From Balamuthia mandrillaris (taxonomy: Eukaryota), in the NCBI GenBank assembly GCA_031835245.2, contig JAVKOQ020000005.1, positions 372,001 to 436,000 of the forward strand: 64,000 nucleotides of DNA. Reading direction: 5' to 3'. Position numbers and translations under genes: made by a program. The notes beneath the pieces are model-generated. The model was not told where the DNA came from, searched no databases, and was given only the letters and a program-made list of their open reading frames with translations. Below, piece after piece: positions 13,342-24,197 of the stretch. Numbering within the stretch: position 1 is the first letter of the stretch; every line of letters starts with the position of its first letter.

Positions 13342-13911
13342 TCATGAGTTGGAAACCACCTCTTTCTCTGGTTCTGACTGTACCAAGAGCGAACAGTTCA
13401 CAGCTGAGACAATAGTGTTCCCTACTTGGTAGGTGGGTAACCCGGACATGGCCGAGTTCCTGCAGCTTAGCAATCCACCTCTCCAACTTGCTGGAAGGGT
13501 TATTCTGGGAGAACAGCCACTACAGCAACGAGTGGTTAGTGACGACACATTCTAGCTGCTGAGGAAAGCAACGGCCATATACTGCAGGTAGAAGACAAGG
13601 GGCTCCTTCTCGAATTGAGCTGTAGACCGGAACCTTTCCATCCTTCTTGATGACGACGATCACAGGGTGTCATACGTCAAGGTCTCCACCTGGAAGATAA
13701 CTTCCACAACGTCCTGGGTGATCAGTCACGGATGCAGGAGGGATGCCCTGAACCTCGCCAGAGATGGGGAAGGACAACGGCATTCAAAGACCAGCGATGA
13801 GCCTCTGGGCGAGAAAAAAACAACAACGACAGCAGTTTGGGCAATGGTGGGAAGCAGAAGCGACCCTTTTGTTATAACTGTAAATCGGAAGAGCACTGGA
13901 CACTCAAGCGT
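13342..13911 (+). mobile_element. Decayed gag-like retroelement fragment with degenerate zinc knuckle
   Basis: CYNCKSEEHWTLKR (CX2CX4HX4, last C is R) at 13870-13911, preceded by a protein-like frame broken by several TAG/TGA stops and a frameshift. Confidence 0.5.
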
Positions 13912-14209
13912 GTTACGAAACGTGTCAAAGACCGTTCGTCCGGAGGTTTCCAAGCTACATTATCTTTGCAGTTGCTCGGTCACGATGCTGCAAGCAGTTG
14001 GGAAGTTGTGTTTTCGTCTCCGTGGGGTTATTTGGACGCCACCTTTCGTCCGCTCTGGCTCGAGGAAGCGGCGAACTACGCCACGGTTGTAGTGAAGTTT
14101 TCCTTCAAAGTAAAGGATCTAATCCTGCTTACTCCAGCCAGCACATGCCGGTAAATTGGGAACATTGACTGTTGCTCTATAGGGTGTGTTGAGAGGGGTG
14201 TTTGGTGCA

Positions 14210-14457
14210 CAGGAGAGCAAACTGCCGATAGTCAAAGTGCTTGCCCCAGGTGCTCCGCCGTTGCCTTGCCATAGAGAAAAGTGTTCTTCAGCCGTTTCCA
14301 GTACCACTCGGACCCGTTGTCTATTGCGCCTTTCTTTTTGGCTTTGTCTCTGGTTTTAGCCACTGGGAAACCACGAAAGAAGAAAGGAGAGGAGAGGGAA
14401 GGAAGTGCCTTTGGAAGTGGAAAGCTGATGAAAAGCGGGAATGGAATAGATGCCCCA
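14210..14457 (-). pseudogene. Duplicated fragment of the alpha-fucosidase gene
   Basis: Near-identical to about 8917-9181, with a 9-bp deletion. Truncated at both ends. Confidence 0.9.
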
Positions 14458-14833
14458 TAAATCATTGGATCAGAGGGGCAGCGAACTTGTCTCCGCTTCT
14501 GGTCAGTGAAAAACTTATGGCGCTACCAGGAGAGCTCCAAGTCCGAGGGGTAATGCCTAAAAGACGATCTAATGGGGTATTCCAATATTACCCGCTGCTA
14601 CATCGGAATGCTTCCGTTTTCCTTGAAAGTCTATTCTCTTTCCTCATTGGTGGGTTCTATCATTAATGTTTGGCTTTTCCGATAACAGGAACTCCGTTGG
14701 TTCGGATTGGTGCATCGCATTGCCGCTAACATGACCACCTTATAGGCTGAAAAAACACTTTTTATATTGCTTTTTTTTTGTTGCCTATTGTGCTGAAACA
14801 CACACACAATTCTAACAAACCTCCCTTACTACA

Positions 14834-15420
14834 ATGCGTACGCGTCTGTTACTCTTCGTGTGCGCCTTGCTCGGCGTGTTGGCTTTGGCAGCCAAGGGCC
14901 AGGAACTTGCGGCCGGTTGGAGCAAAGCCCACGGCGACCTCCGCAACTCCAACGTGCACCCCACCACCGGAGCCATTCGTTCCCTTGCCAACACCGAGGT
15001 ATCTCCCCCACTTTCTGATTTTTCCATGGTTCTCCTCCACTTTTATTTCATCTCCAGGTTCAAACAACTCTGACCTGCATTTTGTTTCTTAATCCCTTGC
15101 TGGCTCTTCCGGGGCTCAGTGGGAAATATTGTTTGAAGCAAACTGGGAAAATGGTGGAGTAGCCCATGATCAAGAAGGAAACAGCTACTTTCCTGCCACC
15201 AACACTCTTTTCCAGCTCAACAAAGAGGGAAACTGGACCTCCGGCCCTTTGTCCACTGAATACCATTACGGCTTTCCCGCTGTGACTGACGACGGCAAAG
15301 TGGTGGTCCTTTCGGAAAGCTCTGGATGTCTTCGACTTGGCCTCTCAGTCAAACATTTCCGCCTCCTGGGACACCATTAGCTGGCATCTGTATGGTTCTT
15401 CTGCAGTCGTTGGTGCGTGC

Positions 15421-15516
<96 letters not shown>

Positions 15517-16914
15517 TGGTCTCTTGTTATGTTTACTCCACAAAAAAAACCATAGTGGACGGGTTGATCTATATACTGAACTCAGATGGAGAGATGATGG
15601 TGTTCGACTTTGACCTCCAACTGCAAGCCTTCAACAATGCCTCCAGGTACTGGAATGGCTTGGATAACTTTGTTGAGTTTTGCACCCCTGCCACAGATGG
15701 ACAAGGCAACTTTTACTTCTACACCGAGTCCGGAAGCCCTGGCGTGGTGTTTGCCATCCGTTTCCCTGAGAATGAACTCCTGTGGAACAGATCCATGGCC
15801 GAGTTGGACCCTTTCCCTGGCATGGGCCTATCCTATCAGACCGATGGCTCCCCTTCTCTCTCCGAAGATGGCACACGCTTGTTTGTGGTATGCTTCTCTC
15901 TTGTTCTCCCTTCGTCGTTCACCATCCACCTTCTTGCATTGACAACCTGTTGTTGTGCATGGTGTTTACTTGCAGACAATGATTGATGGAGGAGTGGCGG
16001 CATTGGACACAAGCAACGGTGACCTGGTCTGGGCCACCGCCATTTCTGACATCGGAACAGGAGAATACTATGCGGAAAAGCTGGTGCCCACTGTGAGTCC
16101 TGTGGATGGGTATTTATAGACCACCTTCATGCTTGTCTCTCTCTTCAATGATGCATAACCCATCGCTTTCTCCTTCAGGACAATCATCACCCACTGGCGT
16201 AACACCCAGAACAACTCTGTGGCGGTGGTCGGCCTGGATGCTGAAACTGGAGAGAAAGTCCATTTCGTAGAACTACTCCCTGGCTCTGTTACTGGCGTTG
16301 GTTCTCCGGGATCAGTCACTGCGGATGGGGTGTACTACCTCTCTGTTTACAATGTGCTTGTGGCAGTGGACTTGGAAAGCTTCGAGGTGCTGTGGAGCCA
16401 CGATGAAGAAGAGGCTGCAGATGAACAATCCATTTCCATCGCTGCTGATGGAAGCGTCTACATCCCTCGTAACTGGGACTCCATTGCTGTGCTGAGTGCG
16501 TTATCCCCCCCTTTTTTCCTCTTTCACCTGTTGTTTTTGTTTGTCTCATCCAGTCTCCTTTCTTGCCTGGTTTACCTTGCAGGATGCAAGGAGAACTACG
16601 CCTTGGATGCCAGCGGCAAATGCAGCAAGAAGTGCGTCCATGCCAATGCCAGGTTCATCGGCAGGAACCTTTGTGGATATGACTGTGGTGAGGAGGTGGC
16701 CCTGCTGTTCCCTTTGGTGGAGCCTCTCTGTGGAGCTTGCCAAGAGAACCAGTATTGGTCCTCAGAGGAGCTGGCCTGCGAGGAGTGCCCTGATGGTTCA
16801 AGCAGCCCTGCTGGTTCCATCGGTGCCGATGCTTGCGTGGAAGACCCTGCCTCTTCTGAGGATGGTGATGGCTCCGGCAGCAACCGCCTTCAATCGGCTT
16901 TCATGTTCTTTTAA
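14834..16914 (+). pseudogene. Beta-propeller protein copy 2, frameshifted (pseudogene or assembly error)
   Basis: Same exon structure as 10096-12168. It has tctggatg at ~15321 where copy 1 has tctgtggatg (2-nt deletion). Confidence 0.7.
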
Positions 16915-17166
16915 AAAAGAAACGGCGACGCGCATTGCGACGGAAAGGTTATTTTCTGATTGTCGATTGGGGCTTTGACTGAGATCAGCAAATTGATCTT
17001 TAAAATTAAATATTATCAAATAACCAATCAAAAATCAAAATTTGCAAAAAACCCTCGGGAAAAATAAAAATCACCCCTCAAGCAATTAGCCGTTTAACGG
17101 AAATTATCAAAAAAATTATCAAAAATAAAAATAAAAATAAAAAGCGAAAAAAAAAAAGAGGCGGAG

Positions 17167-17770
17167 ATGGGAAGCGCGGAGTCGGTGCCGCCCGCAAACG
17201 ACGACGGCTCTGGCCTGTTGTCTTCCTTGCTCAGCACCTTCGAGTGGACCACCGGTGGCGGAGGAGCTTCTGCTGCACCCCTCAAAACCACCTCCTCCGT
17301 GGCCACGACATGGCCCTTTCCTTCTTCCTTTGCGACGACCCATTCCTTTCCCTCTCCCTCCTCCTCTTCTTCCTCTTTCATCATCATCAGCACGGTCGGC
17401 TTCCTCTTCCTCTGCCTCTTGGTCTCCCTCTTCTTTCTGTGGCGGCGGAGAGGACGCTCCTCCTCCTGGTCCAACGGAGCAAGGGCTCGCCTGGGCGTGG
17501 GCGGGAGGGACGGCGCCCAGGACGAGACCGTGCAGGAGGCCGTGGCCAGGGAGTTGCGCCACATTTGGAGCCTGCCCCTGCACAAGCTGCCGGTCTTTGC
17601 TGACCTTCCGCGTTTGTTTCGTCGCGTGACCGTCATCACCTCTACTCCTCCGTCTTCTTCTTGCTCCTCGCTTTCTTCTCTTTCTTCTCTTTCTGCTTCT
17701 ACTCCACCTTCTTCTTGTTCCTCTCTTTCTTCTCTTTCTTCTCTTTCTTCTTCTGCTGCTGCTGCTTCTG

Positions 17771-17817
<47 letters not shown>

Positions 17818-18839
17818 CTTCAACAAAAACGACAAAAAAATAGACGCAATCGCCCACGTCGTCTCTTTCCTCCCTTCAGTTTCTCTTCCTCTTCCTCGTC
17901 CTCCTCTTCTACCTCTTTAACTACCAACGGCAACAACAACAAGAGCAAAAGCAAGAAACAGAGAGAGGAGGAGAAAGCAGCTCAACAGCAGCTGGAGAAG
18001 GAGCGAGCCGTCCATTTGCGAGAGCTGATCATGGCGGTGGCGAGAGAGCTGGAGGAGGAGGACGTGCTGCGCCGCCTGGACGAGGCGTTGATGGAGATGG
18101 TGGAGGATGCCAAAGGAGGCGACATGGCCGCCAGGCTGGCCCATTGCGTGCAACGAGCGGGAGCGGAGGAGACTCGCGTAATGAACCTTTTCAAAGCTGT
18201 CCAACAAAGGGTTCGTTTCTTCTTTCTTTCTGTTTTGTTTCTATCCCTTTGCTCTTTGCTCTTTCCATTTTCTTCTTTTCTTATTTCTTATTATGAACAA
18301 TGCAGGTAATCTTTCCAGCTGCCTTTCGGGTGAAACAGCAAAGCATGGCAATAGGGCTAATGACAAAGGACATGCACACCAAGGACGCTTGGCGCATTCT
18401 CATCGACTTTCGTTCTCGCCTACAACCAAACAACAATGCCAACAAACAAGCCGCCAACAAAAGAAACGAAAGACGACGAAAGCAACGAGTGGCACAACGA
18501 GAAGATAAAGTGAAGCAAAGCGATGATGACAATGAAGAAGAAGTGGATGAGGATGAAAATGAGGACGAAGAAAATGTTTACGTTTGGCCCAAGAAAGAGA
18601 GAAACAACTATAACGGAAAAGGCTTTGTGGAGGTGAAACATACGCGATGGGAGATGTCGGCAGCGATAGAGGAGGAAAAGTACTTTGAGGTGGAATGGGA
18701 GGTGGTCCTGCGGTTCGATCCCTTGCTGGAGAGGCTGCTGGATGCCTACATGCACGTCGGGCAGATACGTTTTGGGCGGAAGATGCCTCCCTCGTTGCAG
18801 CAGCAGTTGAAGCAAGCATTCAGCTCGTTGACAGTGTAA
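17167..18839 (+). CDS. Protein with N-terminal TM helix, Ser-rich linker and a globular C-terminal domain (possibly the amoebozoan GlfB-C-like family)
   Basis: ORFs are joined by intron ~18211-18305: FKAVQQR|VIFPA...TKD...WRILIDF...VKHTRWE...FEVEWE. The family call is from memory only. Confidence 0.6.
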
Positions 18840-18972
18840 AACAAGGACGCCTTTTCTTTTTTTACTAAAGGAATAAGTATTATTATATTTTTTCGTTTGT
18901 TTTTTTTTCTCTGTTGTATTTGCTTCGTTTTTCCTGATGTTTAAAATAAAACCAACTTGAACTCCTTTCTCT

Positions 18973-19030
<58 letters not shown>

Positions 19031-19469
19031 TCTCTCTCTCGTTATCGCTCTCGTTTCATCTCTGATTGCGATAGTTATCGCTACGATCGAATGTTTTTAC
19101 AATTATCGATGCAAGCGAAGAAAATTGTCGACATGATCGCATCATCATCCTCACCTCTTTTTTGCCGACATCCCAACAAATAAAAATAAAATAAAAATAA
19201 AAGCGTAAGAAGAAAGGCAGCAGCACCTCTCCCCCTTCTCGTCTTGGCTCTCTTCTCTCCCTTGTGTGTTCTCTCTTCCCTCTCTACTCGATCGTACCCT
19301 CTCGCCTCACTGTTGGAAAAAAAAAAAGGTTCGTTCGTTCCACCACCGGCCCAGATCTCTCTCCATCCTTAGCGCTAATTATCTTTTTTTCGAAAAATGA
19401 TAGAGCGAAAAAAAAAAGTAGAGCGCGATGGCACACTCGATTCTTTGCACTGAGCTCTATGGCAAGAAC

Positions 19470-20123
19470 ATGAGCCAGCCCCTTCCGTCGAAGGAACTCA
19501 ATCAGTTCATTCAGATCCGAGTACCTTTTTTTTTCCGCTTCTTCTCTACTTTCTTCTTTCTGCTCTTCCTTTACGCTCTCTTCACTCCCTTTTTTTTTTT
19601 TTTTTTTTTGGGTTGGATTCTCTCTCTTACACGCACACACGAAAAAGAAACTCTTGGATACGAAACAATACAAGAAGGCCCTCAAGACATGTGATGCGGT
19701 GCTCAAGAAAGTGGGCGATCACGGGGAGACGCTCGCCCTGAAGGGCTTCATCATCCGCTCTCAGAACCCGGACAAGAAGGACGAGTCCTACGAGTTGATG
19801 AAGAAAGCGGTCGAGGTGGACCCTAAGGGCTATGTCTGTATCCTTTTTTTTCATGCACTTCTCACTCGCACCTTCGTCGCGCGCGCGCTCTCTCTCTCTC
19901 TCTCTCTGGCTCTCTCTGGCTCTCCTTATTCTTGTATTCATCTTCTTCGCTCTTCGCTCTTCGCTTCTCCTCTTTGCCTCTTTTCGTTTCTCTCCCTTTG
20001 TTCTTCACTATAATCCTTGACTATAAAACTAAGGTTGGCATCTCTATGGAATCCTCTGCAAAGCTGATAGGGATTATGCTGAAGCCGCCAAATGTTTCCG
20101 TAACGCTTTGAAACATGATGAGG

Positions 20124-20164
<41 letters not shown>

Positions 20165-20273
20165 TTTTGTTGTCAGAATGCTCAGTAATTGTGTTACAGA
20201 AAAACAACAACCTGTTGCGCGAGTTGGCCCATCTCCTCATCCAAATTCGTGATACTTCTGGTTACTTGGTACG

Positions 20274-20314
<41 letters not shown>

Positions 20315-20361
20315 CTCTCTCTCTCTCCCTCTCTCTCTTTCCTCTGTTTCTTTCTCTCTCT

Positions 20362-20400
<39 letters not shown>

Positions 20401-22321
20401 CATTACATGATGACGTCTAATCTCGTTTCATTCGTTACCTACAATAGGAAGTACGGCGGAAGCTTCTCACCGAAAAGCCCAACAACAGAAACAACTGGCT
20501 CGCTTTCGCGATAGCCCAATATCTCTGCAAAGACTACGCCATGGCACTTAACGTACTCACCAAGTACGAGGAGACCAACGCCCAACAGGGCGACACCAAC
20601 GCCAGCGAACCCTTTGAAAAGAGCGAGCTTTTGCTTTTCAAGAATGCTGCTTTGGAGCAGACGGGAGACTTGGCGAAGACGCTGGAGCATCTGAAAGAAA
20701 TAGAGCCTCACGTGCTGGACAAAGTCACTGTTCAAGAGAAACGGGGTCTGTCCGTTTTTGATTGTTTTCCTTCGTTTTTTGATTGTTAACCAAAACCTTT
20801 TTTTTTTCTGTGTTACAGCTTCATTGTTGCTTCGTTTGGGAAGGTTAACGGAAGCGGCGGAACAGTATAGGGCACTTTTGGCCTTGAATCCGGAACACGC
20901 TGACTATCACACCGAGTTCCGAAAGGCTTCTGGCTTGGCTGATGGTAACTTTATTCCATTTCATTTTTCTTTTTTCGTACTCACTTTATGTCCGCTGATG
21001 ACGAACAAATGCACACAACAGCAACATTAAGCCCAGAGCAGCACGATCAGTTGTACAAGCTCTATCTTGACCTCAGCAAACAATTTCCTCTTGCCACTGC
21101 CCCTCGTCGCATCCCTTTAGACTTTTTAGAAGGTATCTACTGCTCTTGTTTTTGTGCTTCTGTCTTCTGTCTTTTTCTTCTTCGCTCTAACTCTATTACC
21201 CTTCCCTCCTTTACAACAAAAGGTAAGGCCTTCACCACAGAATTGGAGAACTACATTCGCCCGAGATTGTCCAAAGGCAAACCTTCCCTCTTTTCGGAGC
21301 TCAAATCGGTGTATCAACGACCGGGTAAGGCAGAGGTTATCGAGCGGGTTTTGTTGGATTACTATGAAAATCTTACTAGTGTGAAGAAATTCCGCCCAGA
21401 AGGTAAAACTCTCTATCTTTTTTTTTTTGCCTACTTTTCTTGTTGTTCTCTCTCTCTCTCATTATTTTGTCCTTACTCATGAAATTAAAATAGATGCAAA
21501 GGAGCAAAGCCCTTCTACTCTCTTGTTTGTTTTGCTCTTTCTGGCGTATCATTTCGATGCAATGGGTGATCACGAGAAAGCCTTCAAGTTTGTGGATGAG
21601 GGAATAGCCCACACACCTACCCTCATCAACCTCTATCTTTGCAAGGGGCGAATTTATAAGGTTATTTTCCCTTTTCTACTTCTCATTTTGTTTTTGTCTT
21701 ATTCACTCTCAATGATATCACTATGTAGCACGCTGGTGATTTGGTGAAAGCCTCTGAAATGTTTGAGAAAGCTCGCAACCTCGATCTTGCCGACCGTTAT
21801 CTCAACACGAAGAGCACACGATATCTCCTTCGTGCTGATATTCGAGACCAAGCTGATACTGTCGCTGGACTCTTTTCTAGGGTTTGTCCTTCTCTTTCTC
21901 TCCTTTGATTTTTCCTTTCTTATGAGGGCAAGGATGACATGTCTACACACTCGACGATAGTTGGGATTTCATTGCGCTTGATTCTTATTTGAGATTCAAG
22001 TTCAACCGCTCAACATATGAGTACCTCCATGGCACTGAGCCATTACTATCTTTTCTCTTCTTCTTTTGCTTTTCCTACTTTAATGTTTTTTGCATTTCCT
22101 AATTTTAACCTTTTAAATATAAGGATGGTACCACTCCACAGACCAACATTTACGACATGCAATGTTCCTGGTACGAGCAAGAACTTGGAGAGAGCCACTA
22201 TCGCAGTCGTGACATCTTGAATGCTTTGAAGCAATTTATTGCTGTCGAAAAGGTTTCTTTGCTTCTCCCTCTCTCGCGTTCAAGTCTCTCTTCTCTCTCT
22301 TTCTCTCTCTCACGCGCGCGT

Positions 22322-22356
<35 letters not shown>

Positions 22357-23105
22357 CACACTCTTCTCTCAAGTCTGATTCTCTTCCGTTGCTCATACTA
22401 AGTATATTTTTAAACAAACAGCACTTTAACGACTTCAGAGAGGATCAATATGACTTCCATTCTTACTGCCTGCGCAAGATGACCCTGCGTTCCTATCTCG
22501 ACCTATTGGAATGGGAAGACCGCCTTCATTCGCATCCTTTCTTTGTCACAACCTGCCAATCCATTATCAAGGTATGCTCTCTTATATCTGTCCTCTGTAT
22601 TCTTAATTCTCTCTTCTCTCTGCTCTCCCTCTTTTCTTCTTGTTCTCGCTAGGCAATGATGACATGTCTACACACTCGACGATAGTTGAGCATTTGTTTG
22701 CAAAACTGTGCTTCATCGCAAAGTTTGTCAAACACGCTTAACACATGAGTACCTCCATGGCACTGAGCCTATTTATTCGAGTCTCCACTTTTTTTCTAGC
22801 ATAGATCTTCCCTCTCTCCCTCGTTACAAAAGCATAACATTTTTTTTCTCCTCTCTTCTTCTCTTTTATAGTGCCACCTTTATCTTCACGACCACCCAGA
22901 AGCTGTCGAAGCGGGAACTGCCGCAATTGCAGCCTCCAGTAAGTGTTCCACCCCTATTCCTATTTTGATTTCAAGGAACACAAATTTGACTGTTTTGCTT
23001 GCTGTTACAGAAGCGGAAGCTGCGGCCGCCGACAAACCACAAACTTCATCCGGTTCCAGCGAAACAACTCAAAATCCTTACGAATTCCCTGAACTTGCCG
23101 ATGTA

Positions 23106-23154
<49 letters not shown>

Positions 23155-23769
23155 TCTCCTTTATTTGGTTGACATTTTTCCCTGCTTTTGGTACAAATAG
23201 CACTTTAAAGACCCGTTGACGCAAGCCCAGAAGTACATAAAATACCTCAGAGAAGCGCGCCCTGAAGACTTGCAAACTCATCTTCTTTCCTTCCAAGTCT
23301 TTTTCAAGAAAGGTACTTTTATTCCTCTTCTTCTCACCCGCTTTTTATTTTTGGTAACCTTTTTATTGTTTGGAATAGAGAAATATTTGATGGCCATTCA
23401 ACCACTCCGAAAAGCCATCCAACTTGCTCCTGATCATCCTCAAGTTCATCGTTGTCTCGTCACCTTTTTCCACCAAAGTAAGTTCCTCCTTTCTCGTCAT
23501 TTCTGTCTTGTCGTTTCTGTCTTGTCGTAAGCATTGATTAACTTTTTTTAAAAACAAAACCAAGTATCAAAGATTGGAACGGGACTTGACCCGCTGAGCA
23601 CCAAAGTCATAACGCAAGAGCGCGTCAACTTGTTGGGAGGAGACGCCAGTTTGTCTCCAGAAGGCCTTATTCCTCTGCTCCAAGCCGCCAACGAAAAGTT
23701 TAAAGAGGCTCATCCTTCTCTTTCTCATCGCGTTGTTGGTTCGTTTCTCTCTGTCTCTCTGTCTCTCTC

Positions 23770-23813
<44 letters not shown>

Positions 23814-24152
23814 TCTGTCTCTCTCTGTTTTTCGACAGCTAAACCTAAACAACAAATACAGCGGCGGAAATGCAGTACCTCATTGGTTACAACAAAGAGG
23901 AAGCATCGCAGGTCATCGCCAACGCCGACCTTGAACGAGCATCCCTACAGGTTTGCTTCTTTCTCGTTCTTCCTCTCTTCTTTGTTTTTTTCTGTATTTC
24001 AACTAAAAACAACAACAAAGGACCACATTGCGGCACACAACGTACTGTCCAACGTGATCGGTGGTGCAGAAGCGGCTGAAGCATGGAAACAAAAGAGCAA
24101 GCAAAGGTTCTCTCATGCCACTTACTTTGCTGATCCTCAACAACAACAATAA
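19470..24152 (+). CDS. NAA15: N-terminal acetyltransferase A auxiliary subunit
   Basis: YKKALK, HGETLALKG, CWHLYG, HTPTLINLY, DLADRYLN, MQCSWY and EDQYDFHSYCLRKMTLRSY motifs across many exons. Confidence 0.95.
19838..20033 (+). other. U12-type (minor spliceosome) GT-AG intron in NAA15
   Basis: Donor GTATCCTTT; branch TCCTTGAC at 20014-20021 with the branch A 13 nt before the intron end. Splicing restores GYVC-WHLYG. Confidence 0.85.
21927..22041 (+). ncRNA. Intronic box C/D snoRNA candidate, copy A
   Basis: Terminal stem GGC/GCC, C box AGGATGA at 21931, D box CTGA at 22035. Two blocks are identical to copy B. Confidence 0.8.
22650..22771 (+). ncRNA. Intronic box C/D snoRNA candidate, copy B
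   Basis: Terminal stem TAGGC/GCCTA, perfect C box ATGATGA at 22656, D box CTGA at 22763, and a long central hairpin. Confidence 0.85.
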
Positions 24153-24197
24153 AGAAAGAAAGATAGATAGAAAGAAAAAACCGACAACACAATTTCT

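Noticed and set aside
20407..20447. C-box ATGATGA in another NAA15 intron
   Set aside because: No D box or terminal stem occurs before the acceptor.
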